Source: Felis catus (taxonomy: Eukaryota). Taken from it: a stretch of DNA of 64,000 nucleotides. Of the stretch, positions 46,329 to 58,016 are shown piece after piece; position 1 is the first letter of the stretch; the number at the start of each line of letters is the position of its first letter. The translations under genes and the position numbers were made by a program. The notes below the pieces were generated by a model that was given only the letters and a program-made list of their open reading frames with translations, was not told where the DNA came from and searched no databases. The DNA lies in assembly GCF_018350175.1 (NCBI RefSeq), contig NC_058377.1, positions 19,158,001 to 19,222,000 of the forward strand, given 5' to 3'.

Positions 46329-48148
46329 CCTGAGGATCACAAGGTCTAAGACAGAAAAGAAGCAGAAAAAGAACATTTAAAGAGGCAGAATGAAATCCCA
46401 GAAAAGACCTTGTAAATTCAAAATAGCAGTCTGAAAAAAAAAAAAAATCAATTGGCTCCTTTATGAGTGGCTGATGCAACAGTAACCCTGGTCTAATATC
46501 ACTGGACCTATGTGCCCGGGGTCAGGGGCTGACCCCACCATGTCCAAAGCCAGCGTCACTGTGCTGCAGGGTTCATCCTCAGCATCCCGCAAATAAAGAA
46601 AAGGGTAGCAATCGATACGGGACATGACGAAAGCCCAGGAGAGCCAAAAGGAGTTGGCAGGTCACGGCGGAGAGAGGCAAGAGAAACAAAAAAAGCCCCG
46701 GAGATGTCAGCCTCAGATTTCTCAAACAACACAAAGGATGTTGGATTTCAATGCACACTGCTTGGCTCTGTTCAGAGTATAAAAGGGAACAAGGTGGTCA
46801 GTGTTAAAGGAAAGAGAGGAAAATGGCTGACGACAGCCTTGGAGCTGAATTAAAAAGCACCAAATTAAAGGCATGTGTATTGAACTGAGAAGCTGAGTGG
46901 GAGTGCCCTTCCCCAAACTCTGCAATTACTAGATTTGGTACCTAGGTTCCCAGGCAGCCCTCCCACAATTCAGGGGTGTCAGGGAGCCCAGGAATGCCCC
47001 GAATCACCCTCTGTCCACAGCCTTTCCCTCATTTAAAGGTTAAGTCCTTTAGTTTATTGCTTTGATTTCCCCTAACATGCAAACGGTCCTGAGGAGACGT
47101 AACCTGAGCGTGAATTTCAGTACTTTTCCCCAGAGCATGTTTGATCGTAGACGTCACAAGGACAGATTTACTTCCTGTCTTTCACCTTTAACCTTTTAAA
47201 GACACTGGCCAATTCTCTAGTGTTTCTGACCTGCTCTTCACAGTAGATAGTAAGAATGATGACCTCCGGAGTTGCGCAAAATGGTGACTCTGTAGCCATA
47301 GGCCCCAAGCTGGTTTCTCCTTGACGTTGGTATCTACTTCAAGGTCAAGCACTCTTTGCTCCTAAAGCTTTGGGTTTGCTGTGCTATCTGCTTGATTCCC
47401 GATCTTCCTTTCAGCCTAGGACCAGATACAGACTCTGTTGGGGCTCTTGTTCCCAGATTCCTAGGTTTCTCCTAACTTCCAGCTCGTAGGGACCCTCTGG
47501 GTCTTTCCCTACTCCTGCCTTATCCTTACTTTAATGTCTCTAGTCTTATCTCCTTCAGTCTTGGTTTGCAACTGCCCAAAGGATCATCCCCTGCTCATGG
47601 TCATGGCATGAAGCTGAATTATATACATACATAATTTAACGTATACATTAGCTTGTATATATCGTGTGTATAAATAATGTACATACAAGCTAATGTATAT
47701 ATTAGAATAATACAATACTATAATATATGCATATATATATTTCATATCTTTAAAATTTCTATCAAAGGAAATTTCAGAACCAGATCACTTCTGTGGTGAA
47801 TTTTACCAACCATTTATGGGCAAAGTAAAGCTAATTCTACACAAATATTTCCAAAAAATAAAAGAAAAAGGAACTATTTTAATTCATTTTATGAAGTATT
47901 ATCCTGATACCAAACTAGACAGACATTACAAGACAAGGAAACTACAGAATACAATCTTTCATGAGCATAAATGCAAACCCCCGCACCAAAACTTTGGCAG
48001 AAATCTATCAGAAGGACAATACATTATAACCATATAGAATTGATCCCAGAAAGGCAAGTTTGGCTCTGCCATTGAAAATCAATAAAGAAAACAAAATCAA
48101 CAGATTAAAAAAGAAAAAAAAATATGTAGTCATTGAAAACAGACTCAG

Positions 48149-48376
48149 GGGGCACCTGGGTGGCTCAGCTGGTTAAGCATCTGACTTCCACGAGGTCATG
48201 ATCTCGCGATTCATGAGCTCGAGCCCCGCGTCGGGCTCTGTGCTAACAGCTCAGAGCCCGGAGCCTGCTTCAGATTCTGTGTCTCTCTCTCTCTCTCTCT
48301 GTTCCACCCCCACTCAAACACACACACTCTCTCTCTCTCTCAAAAGTAATAAACATTAAAAAACTTTGAAAAAAAA
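48149..48376 (+). mobile_element. Can-SINE
   Basis: TSD GAAAA(C/T)AGA(C/T)TCAG at 48135-48148 and 48377-48390. Confidence 0.96.
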
Positions 48377-49203
48377 GAAAATAGATTCAGAAAAAACTGA
48401 CAAAACTTAATATGAATTTATAATACATAATAAAACATCTCTCAGAAAACTACCTGACAGCGACCATCTGTAAAAAAAACCTTCAGCTAGAATCATCTTT
48501 GACGGTAATTAATGTTTTCTTTCTCCCAAAAAATCAAGGAACAAGACAAAGATGTTTGCTCTGCTATTGGTATTCCACACTATATTAAAGGTTTCAGCTG
48601 GAACAATAAGCTAACCAAACAAACAAATAACATCCAGATTGGAAAAGGGCGAAGTAAAATTGTTTTCGTTCTTGGATGACATTATTGTATATGTAGAAAA
48701 TCCTATGGAATCTGCAAAAGAGATATAAGAACTAATGAATGAATTTAGCAATGTTACAGGTATAAAATCAATGTACAAAAACCAGTTGAATTCCTAACTA
48801 TTAACAATGAACAATCAGAAATTTGAAGAAAACAAAACCAAAGCGTGTGGAATAGCGTCAAAAATATACTGAGTAAGAAATGTTATAAAATGTAAAAACC
48901 TTATAAGCTAAAAGCTGTAAAACATTGCTGAGAGATTAAAGAAGACCTGAATAAATGCAGAGATAGGTGTCTTCCTACATTAGGACAATCAATATTATTA
49001 AGAATTTCCCCCAAATTGAACTCTTCATATACAATGTGATCCTAATAAAAGAGCAGGTGTTTTGTAGAAATTGTCAAGCTGATTCTGAAATTTGTATGGT
49101 AATATAGATGACCTTGTATAGTCACAACAGCTTTGAAAAAGCATAACAAAGTTGGAAGATTAATGCTATTGGACTTCAAGACTTAATTAAAATTAAAAGA
49201 ATA

Positions 49204-49286
49204 GGGGTGTCTGGCTGGCTCACGACAGAGCAAGAGATTCTTTATCTTGGGGTTGCGAGTTGAGGGTAGAGTTAACGTTAAAAAAA
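49204..49286 (+). mobile_element. Short tRNA-Lys-like carnivore SINE lacking the CT tract
   Basis: GGGGTGTCTGGCTGGCTCA...GGGGTTGCGAGTT..GGGTAGAG.TTA plus A-tail. Confidence 0.75.
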
Positions 49287-50819
49287 GCTACAAGAATAAA
49301 GACAATGTGGTATTGCCATAAACATAGCCGAAAAATAGACAAATGGAACAAAAGAGAGAGTCCTGAAATGCCCAAATATTTATGGTCAACTGATTTTTGA
49401 CAAAGGTACAAAGGCAATTCAGCAGAGAAATGAAAGTCTTTTCAACAAATGATTCTGGAAGCAACCGATATCCCCATGCAAACAAGCAAGCAAACAAAGA
49501 AACAAACCCTCAGTCCATACCTTGCATATATAAAGATTAACTCAAATGAGTCATAACCTAAAATGAAAATTTAAAGTTATAAAAAAATCTAGAAGAGCTT
49601 TAAACTATAAAAATTCTAAAAGAAAAGATTTTCAACACTGGCCATAGATTTCTTACATATGAACCAAATGCATCAATCCATGCAATAAAAAATTGATAAA
49701 AGTGGGCTTCACCAAAATTAAGACCTTCTGATATTTAAAGGACATTGTTAAGAGAATCAACAGACAGGTCACATACTAGAAAATAATATTTACAAATCAC
49801 ATTTCTGATTAAGGGCTTGTTCCCAGAGTATATAAAGAAACTGCAACACTCAATAATAATAAAAAAATAAACAAGCAATAGAAAGGAGACAAGGTGCTAG
49901 AAAAGACACTTCAGCAGAAGAGATTTGCAGATAAATACATGAAAAGACATGCAACGTATCATTCATTAGGAAAATAAAAAATTAAAACCCCAAAGAGATA
50001 GCACTATACAACTATTAGAATATCTAAAACAAAAAAGACTGACAACACAAAGTATTGGCAAGGATACAGAAACATTTCAACTCTCATACACTGTTGATGA
50101 GGATATAAAATGGATATAAAACTTGAGAAAACAGTTTGGGGAGGTACATCAACAGAAATGATGGCATAAGTACCTCAAAATGTTTTCTCTTCCATAAAAA
50201 CAAGGAGAAAACTGGCAAAATTTGTCATATGCACTTTTTCAAAACTCTAGAAGTTGCAAGTTACACAAATGATTGCAGCCATCCAAGGAACAATTATTAA
50301 AATGTGTGTGTGTGTGGGGGGGGGGGGGTTGTGTGCTAAATCTTGGTAAAGAACAGTAGGTTTTATAACACTTTAACTTGCCGTATACCAATCTCTTGTT
50401 GTTCAGGCCTGTAGTAATTCTCTGCAAAATAACAGCCAGCATTCTCAAAACAGCCTGGAAGCCACTGGAAGGAGTAGAATAAAACCAAAGCTCTTGCACA
50501 CCTCAAATACAAAGAATTGTCATTATTTGACCTTTCTGTTGGTCCCCTGGAAGACTGTCACTTACAAGAAAGCATGTATTTGATCTGACTCAGAACTTGT
50601 TCAATATGAAAAGCCTTCTTCCCCGGATGCCCTTGTCAAGAACAGTTACTGATTAGTGTTTTAACTTTGTGGCTGCCTGCGGTGGGGGATAATGACTGGG
50701 GTAAATAACAAATGAATCAAAAGTCTTAAAAGGAAAAGTTAGGATAAGAGAATTTGCTTAAGCAGAAAGTGAAGGTTAAGAGAGTTGTCAATTATTTGGC
50801 TGTGTTGAAGGTGTTCCCC

Positions 50820-50820
<1 letters not shown>

Positions 50821-50854
<34 letters not shown>
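50821..50854. repeat. (AC)n microsatellite
   Basis: 17 perfect units. Confidence 0.98.
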
Positions 50855-50856
<2 letters not shown>

Positions 50857-50890
50857 CTTCTTTGAAAAGACTAGAAGATTCATTTATGGC

Positions 50891-51500
50891 TGTGGTAGGC
50901 TGAATAATGGCCACCAAAGATGTCCAAATCCTAATCTCTGGGACCTGTGAATATTACCTCACATGGCATAAGAGACATACTGATGTTTTGAGGGATACTG
51001 GGATGGGGGATTATCTTGGCTTACTTGGATGAACCCTAATTTTACAATAATATGTGTCCTTACATGGGAGAAGGTAAGGGATATTTGACACATAAATAAA
51101 AAGCCAATGCGTGGGGCGCCTGGGTGGCTCAGTCAGTGGAGCGTCTTTTGCGCTGAGCGTGGAGCCTGTTTGGGATTCTTTCCCTCCCTCTCCCTCTGCC
51201 CCTCATCCATTTGCTCTCTCTTTCTCTCAAAAAAAGGCAATGTGAAGATTACAGAAAGATGCTACACTGTTGGCTTTGAAGACTGAAGAAAGGCCTATGA
51301 GCCAGGGAATGCAACTGAAGAAGGTGGAAACGACAGAAAAATCCTCCCCTTGATCTTCTGGAGACGTTGCGATCCTGCTAACACCTTTATTTCAGCCCAG
51401 TAAAAATTATTTCAGACTTCTGACATCCAGACCTATAATAGAATAAATGTGTGTTGTTTTAAGCCACCGAGTTTGTGGTATGTTTTTATAGAGCCACAGA
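50891..51500 (+). mobile_element. MaLR solo LTR (MLT1D-like) nested in the L1
   Basis: TGTGGTAGGCTGAATAATGGCC.CCAAAGATGTCC start; AATAAATGTGTGTTGTTTTAAGCCAC..AGTTTGTGGTA end. Confidence 0.9.
51113..51230 (+). mobile_element. Internally deleted Can-SINE nested in the LTR
   Basis: Head joins directly to GCTGAGCGTGGAGCCTG; TSD AAAAAG(C/G)CAATG(C/T)G at 51098-51111 and 51231-51244. Confidence 0.9.
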
Positions 51501-52324
51501 ATTTACAGAAATCTCTATCCAATCATTAGGTGACCACTAAGCTAGCCAAACAGAGACTTCAGTAGCCACACATGACAAATAATAAATACTTTATAGAATT
51601 AGTTCAGAAAATTCAGTAAGCAAACAACTACTATAAGTAGAAACAACAACAACCCCTGGAGAAGGAGGAGAATCTGATTTCCAGAATTGCCAGATTTAAT
51701 TATTTCAAATATCCAGTTTTCAGTAAAAATTTATGAGACTTGGAAAGAAACAAGTAAGTATGGCTTGTACCCAGGGAAAAAAGCAGTCAAAAGAAACTGT
51801 CCCTGAGGAAGCTCAGAAAAAAATTGGACTTAGCAAACACAAAATTTAAATCAGCCATTTTTTAAGTGTTCAAAAAACTAAAAGAAATCCTGTCCAAAGA
51901 ATTAAAGGAAAGTATGAGAATTATGTTTTCTTGAACAGAGAGTATGAACAAAGAGAAATTATTACAAAAAAGAGAATCAAATAGAAATTCCAGAATTGAA
52001 AAATACAATAGCTGAAATAAAAAATTCAATAGAAACCCTCGGCAAAAGGTTTGAGCAAGCAGAAGAATTAGTAAAGTTGAATATAAATAAATTGCTATTA
52101 TCCAATCTGAAGAAATGGGGGGAAATAAGGAAAAAAGATACAAAGCTTTAGAGACCTCTAGGACAACATAAGAACACTTTAAAGGCACTAGTAAAGGTAA
52201 TTACATAGGTAAATGTAAATGACTGCATCAATGTATTTTTGTTTTTAATCCTTTTTTTTCTCCCATCTGATTGAAAAGACAACTGCATAAAGCAATAATT
52301 ATAAATCTGTGTTTATAAGGCATG

Positions 52325-52522
52325 CAGAAAGAGAGAGAGAGAGAGAGAGCCCTCTGGTATTTCTTCCTCTCGTTATAAGGACACCAATCATATCAGATTA
52401 GGGCCCAACCCTTATGATCTCATGTAGACTTTTAAAAGTTCTTTCTCCAAATACAGTCATACTGGGGGTTAAGTCTTGAACATACGAATTTTGAAAGGAC
52501 ACAATTCATTCAGTCCTTAACA
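52325..52522 (-). mobile_element. MLT1A-like LTR 5' fragment
   Basis: Reverse CTCTGGT.TTTCTTCCTCT..TTATAAGGACACCAATC.TATCAGATTAGGGCCC; ends CAGTCCTTAACA. Confidence 0.85.
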
Positions 52523-52853
52523 TATACTATTGAAATTAAGTTGTTATAAATATGAACAAGACTGTTATAAATGAACATGTTACTCATCAGGGCAACCACT
52601 AAGAAAATAACTCAAAATAAATAGTGGAGAAAACAAAGGACTTAAAATGGTACACTGCAAAATATGTTTTTAACATAAAAGATAACAGTATGGAGGAACA
52701 GAGGAACAATAAAATTCATTAGACATATAGAAAACAAACAGCAAAAGGCAAACATAAATTGTACTGTATCAGTAATACCATTAAATATAACTAGATTAAA
52801 CTCTTAAATTAAAAAACATAGATTGGCTGAAGGGATTAAAAAAGATCAAACTA

Positions 52854-53069
52854 GGGGCACCTGGGTGGCTCAGCTGGTTAAGTGTCTGACTTCGGCTCAG
52901 GTCATGATCTCGCGGTTCGTGAGTTCAAACCCGCGTTGGGCTCTGTGCTGACAGCTGAAAGCCTGGAGCCTGCTTCACATTCTGTGTCTCCCTCTCTCTC
53001 TGCCCCTCCCCGACCACACACTCTGTCTCTCTCTCTTTCTCAAAAATAAACAAACATAAAACAGTTTTT
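52854..53069 (+). mobile_element. Can-SINE
   Basis: TSD AAAAAAGATCA(A/G)ACTA at 52838-52853 and 53070-53085. Confidence 0.96.
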
Positions 53070-53614
53070 AAAAAAGATCAGACTATATGTTATACCTAGA
53101 AGACATACTTTAGATTCAGAGACGCAAACACGTTGGAAGTAAAAGGGTGAAAAATTATATACCATGCTTACCATAACAATGTGGCTGCACCAATATCAGA
53201 AAAAAAAGACTTTAAGACAAAAAAGGTTACTAGAGACAAGAGAGGACATTTTATAATGATAAAAGTGCCAATCCATCAAAAAGATATAACACTTATAAAC
53301 ATATATACATCTAACAAAGTCCCAAAATGCAAGAAGTAAGAACTGGCATAGTTTAGGGGGAAACAAATAATTAATATAAATAGCTGTCAACTTTGATGCC
53401 CCACATTTTATAAATAAAACAGTTAGGTAGAATATCAGCAAAGAAATAGAAACTTGAACAACACTGTAAACAAACTGAACCTAACAAATATGTATAGAAT
53501 ACTCCACACAATAACAGGAGAACATACATTCTTCTTAAAGCACGTGAAACATTCTCCAGGGTAGCCAGATGTTAGACCATAAAACAAGTCTCAAAAAATT
53601 AAAAAGAATGATAT

Positions 53615-53734
53615 GGGGCACCTGGGTGGCTCAGTTGGTTAAGTATCCGGCTTGTGATTTCGGCTCAGGTCATGTTCTCATGGTTGTGAGAACCAGCCGA
53701 GCTCAATCTGGCTCTCCCACCAATGCATGAGCGC
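53615..53734 (+). mobile_element. Can-SINE 5' part, cut by gap
   Basis: GGGGCACCTGGGTGGCTCAG head; N run 53735-53862 follows. Confidence 0.9.
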
Positions 53735-53862
53735 NNNNNNNNNNNNNNNNNNNNNNNNNNNNNNNNNNNNNNNNNNNNNNNNNNNNNNNNNNNNNNNNNN
53801 NNNNNNNNNNNNNNNNNNNNNNNNNNNNNNNNNNNNNNNNNNNNNNNNNNNNNNNNNNNNNN
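53735..53862. other. Assembly gap (128 N)
   Basis: N run. Confidence 0.99.
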
Positions 53863-55566
53863 AGTATATTCACTCACCACAATAGAAAGAAGTTGGTCAC
53901 CAATAGCATAAATTTGGTAAATCCACCTGTGTGGAAATTAAATAACACCCACATAAATAACTAGTGAGTCAAAGAAGAAATTACAAATAAAATTAGAAAA
54001 TATTTTGAGATAAATGAAAGTGAAAACACAATCGGACCCAAACCTACAGGATGCAGCTAATGCAGTTACCAGAGGAAAATTGGTAGTTCCAAAACATATT
54101 ATAAAAGAAAAAAGATCTCAAATAAATAAACTAAACTTCTACCATAAACAAACTAGTAAGAGTAGAACAAATTAAATTCAAAAGAAGCAGAAAGAAGAAA
54201 ATTATAAAATTGTAGCAGAAATTAATAAAATAGGGAATAGAAACAATAAATAAATGAACCAATGGAGGTTCTTTGAAAAGGTCAACAAAGTGAGATATGG
54301 TAACCATGAAAAAAAGAGATTCAAATTACTAAAGTTGGAGAAGACATTATTAATCTTGTATATTTATATTATATATTACATAAATTATTTTTATTATTTG
54401 TATATTGTATATTATATTATAAATTATAGAAATATATAATTTATATGTTATAAATTATATGACATGAATCATATATATTTACATATTAGTATATATACAA
54501 GATTATTAGAATAATATCTTATATCATATATCAACATAGATGAAACCTAGATAGCATATATGATAAGGAAAAATACGTAGAGAGACACAAACTGCTAATA
54601 CTAGCTTAAGACAAAATTAAAAATCTGAATAGATCTATAATAAGTAGAGATTAAATTAGTCATAAAAATGTTTCCCTAAAGAAAAGCCCAGATCTAGATG
54701 TCTTCATTAGAGAATTCTACCAAACATTAAAAAAGAATTAAGATCAAACTTTCTTAAACTCTTCCAAAAATAATAGAAGAGAGGGGAACACTTTCCATTT
54801 GATGAATCCAATATTACTGTGAAATCAAAAGCAAAAAAGACATTACAAGAAAAAAAATACGGACACCAATGTCCGTTATAAATATAGAGACAAAAATTCC
54901 ACAGTGACATACTAGCAAACTGAATCTAACAGCCTATAAAAAGGATTATACACTATAACCAACAGGAATTTATCCCTGGTATAGGTTGAACCAACCTATA
55001 AAAGTCAATCAATGTCACTATATCCATAGAATAAATGGGAGGGGGGGAGCATATAATAATCTCAATCAATGCAGAAAATATATTCGAAAAAATTGAACAT
55101 ATTGTCATGACAAATACATAAATCAAACTGAAAATATAAGAGAACTTCCTCAGACTGATAAAAGGCATCAGTGGAAAACATACAACTAACACATACTTAA
55201 TGGTGAAAGACTGAAAGATTTTACCCCAAAGATCAAGAGCAAGATAAGAATCTCTACTCTTAGCACTTCTATTCAACATTTCCTGAAGGTTCTAGCCCGG
55301 GAAATTGGGTAAGAAAATGAAATAAAAGTCATTCAGGTTGTAAAGGAAAAAGTAAATTATTTTTATTTGCAGATGACACGATCTTGTGTATAGAAAGTCT
55401 TACAGAATCCAGAAGTGATTTATTGGCCTTACTAAACAAATTCAGGATACAAAGTTTATACAAAATCAATATATAATATACAATACACAATCAATATATA
55501 AAATTTAGTTGCATTTTTACTCATTTGTAGTGAACAATCTGAAAATGAAATTAAGAAAACAATTTA

Positions 55567-56038
55567 GAAAGAGCCCAAAAGTCCATTGATGGATGAATGG
55601 ATAAAGAAGATGTGGTATACATAAAATGGAGTATTACTTGGCAATCAAAAAGAATGAGATCTTGCCATTTGCAACTACATGGATGGAACTAGAGGGCATT
55701 ATGCCAAGCAAAATTAGTCAGTCCAAGAAAGACAAATATCATATGACTTTACTCTTATGAGGACTTCAAGATAAAAAACAGATGAACATAAGGGAAGGGA
55801 AGCAAAAGTAATATAAAAACCGGGAGGGGGACAAAACATAGGAGACTCTTAAGTATAGAGAACAAACAGAGGGTTGCTGGGGGGGGGGGGTGTTGTGGGA
55901 GGGGAGATAGGCTAAATGTGAAAGGGGCATTAAGAAATCTATTCCTGAAATCATTGTTGCTCCATGTGCTAACTAACTTGGATGCAAATTATAAAAAGTA
56001 AATAAATTATGGAAGGAAATAGTTGAACCTATAAAAAA
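55567..56038 (+). mobile_element. Younger feliform L1 3' fragment nested in the L1MB
   Basis: Feline-type 3' UTR (GGGCATTAAG.AATCTA.TCCTGAAATCATTGTTGC...GCTAACTAACTTGGATG); perfect TSD AAGAAAACAATTTA at 55553-55566 and 56039-56052. Confidence 0.93.
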
Positions 56039-56637
56039 AAGAAAACAATTTAATTTACACTAGCATAAAAAGAGCAAAATACTTAGGAATAAATTTAGCA
56101 AAAGAAGTTTAAGAATTATACATTGGAATCTACAAAACATTGTTGAAAGAAATTAAAGAACAACTAAATAAATGGATTGGCATATATAATATTATTTACA
56201 CTGTAATAGTCTCCAAATTGATCTACACATTCAAGGCATCACTATCAAAATTCCAAATGCTTTTTTTTTTCAAAAACTGATAAGCTGATTGTAAAATTCA
56301 CATTACAATGCAAGCAAGGTAACCAGAATATCCAAAACAACTTGAAAAAGAAAACTAACATTGAAGGACTCACATTTCCTGATTTCAAAAACTTACTATT
56401 CAGCTACATGAATCAAGATGGTGTGGAACTAGCATGAAAAGACATGGAGATCAGCAGAAGACAAATGAGAAATAAACACATATAGTTATGTTCCATTGAT
56501 TTTCAACCAGGATGCCAAACAATCAAATGAGAGAACAAATAGTCTTTTCAACAAATGGTTCTGGAACAATTGGAAATCCACATCCAAAAGACTGGAATTA
56601 GACCCCTACCTCATACCACATATAAAAATTAACCTAA

Positions 56638-56852
56638 GGGTGACTGGTTGGCTCAGTTGGTTAATTGTCCGACTTGGCTCAGGTCATGATCTCACAGTTC
56701 ATGGGTTGGAGCCCCACATCAGGCTTTGTGCTCACAGCACAGGGCCTGGAGCCTGCTTTGGATTCTGGATTCTGTGTCTCCCTTCTTCTCTACCCCTCCC
56801 CCAATTGAGCTCACTCTCTCTCAAAAATAAATGGATATTTTTAAAAAATAAA
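56638..56852 (+). mobile_element. Can-SINE
   Basis: TSD AAAAATTAACCTAA at 56624-56637 and 56853-56866. Confidence 0.96.
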
Positions 56853-58016
56853 AAAAATTAACCTAAATACATCACACCTATGTGTTGAGTTAAAACTACA
56901 AAATTCATAAAAGAAAACATATGTGTAAATTTTCATGACTTTGGATTAGGCATTGGTTCATCAGATACATCACTTAAAGCACAAATAACCAAAAAAGTAA
57001 GTAAATTAGAATTCATAAAATTTAAAATCATTTGTGCATCAAAGGATACTACCCAGAAAGAGAAAAGATAACCCAAATAATGGGTAAAAATATTTGCAAA
57101 TTGTATCTCTGACAAGGGTTAATATCCAGATATATTAAGAGCTCTTGAAATTCAACAGTAAAAAGACAAATGTCCCAATTAAAAAGTAGGGAAAGGCTTT
57201 GAATAAATATTTCTCCAAAGAAGATAGACCAAAATGGCCAGTAAGCATATGAAAAGATACTTAGTTGTCATTGGTCATTAGATAAATGCAAATCAAGACC
57301 ACCATGAGATACCACTTCATACTAAATAGAATGGCTATGATTTAAAAGAAGAAGGAAGGCAAATAACAGTTTTTGGCAAGGATGCAGAGAAATTGGAATC
57401 TTGTGCACTGCTGGTGGGAATGTCCCATGGTGCATCTGCCATGGAAAACATGTTGACAAAAGTTGAACATCCAGTTACTATACGACTCGCCAGTTTCACA
57501 CCTGAGTGTACATCATGACAAGTGAAAACACATTCACGCAAAAATTTGTATGTGCGTTACAAGATGTGGAATCAACTTGATGTGTATCAACTGATGAATG
57601 GATAAACAAATTTGGTATGTCCACAAAATGGCATGGTATTTAGCCATAAAAAAGGAATGAAATTCTGATGCATGCTGCACGATGGATGAACCTGGAAAAT
57701 ATCATGCTAAGGGAAAGAAGCCAGACACAAAAGACCATATATGACTGCATTTATACGAACAGACCAAAAAAAGGCAAATCCATAGGGACAGAAAGTAGAA
57801 TGGTGGAATAGTGGTTGATAGGAGCTGGGTGGACGGAAGAATTGGGGTGACTGCTAATGAATACAGTGATAAAAATGTTCTGGAGTGCTAAAAATATTCT
57901 AAAACTAGATATTGCTACAATCTTGTGAGTTTATGAAGAACCATTAAATTGTGCATTTTTTAAACGGTGAGTTTTATGGAATGTGAATTATATCTAAATT
58001 AAGAAAAAAAAGATAA

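Larger units (their letters stand above)
47745..50139 (+). mobile_element. Old L1 (L1ME-like) ORF2 relic, 5' half of a split element
   Basis: Degenerate PDHFCGEFYQ (PDGFTGEFYQ) near 47780; RT motif FLDDIIVYVENP from 48669; many stops and frameshifts. Confidence 0.9.
50140..58016 (+). mobile_element. Near full-length ancient L1MB-type element (5' UTR, ORF1 relic, ORF2 relic, 3' UTR) with nested insertions
   Basis: 5' UTR-like 50140-50800; ORF1-like 51700-52200; ORF2 EN start (ITLNVNGLN..IK..RLAEWIKK-like) near 52765; FADD at 55366-55377; L1MB7/8-like 3' end and A-tail; degenerate TSD 50126-50139 / 58017-58028. Confidence 0.85.

Noticed and set aside
46778-46785. TATAAAAG box
   Set aside because: An isolated 8-mer with no downstream exon or ORF support.
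49204-49286. tRNA-Lys-like sequence
   Set aside because: Degenerate, A-tailed and inserted in an L1; it is a SINE, not a tRNA gene. The same applies to all SINE heads.
1430-56861. Many 60-125 aa ORFs with recurring peptides such as MAQSVKRPTSAQVMISR...SLEPASDSVSPSL
   Set aside because: They are translations of Can-SINE copies, not a gene family.
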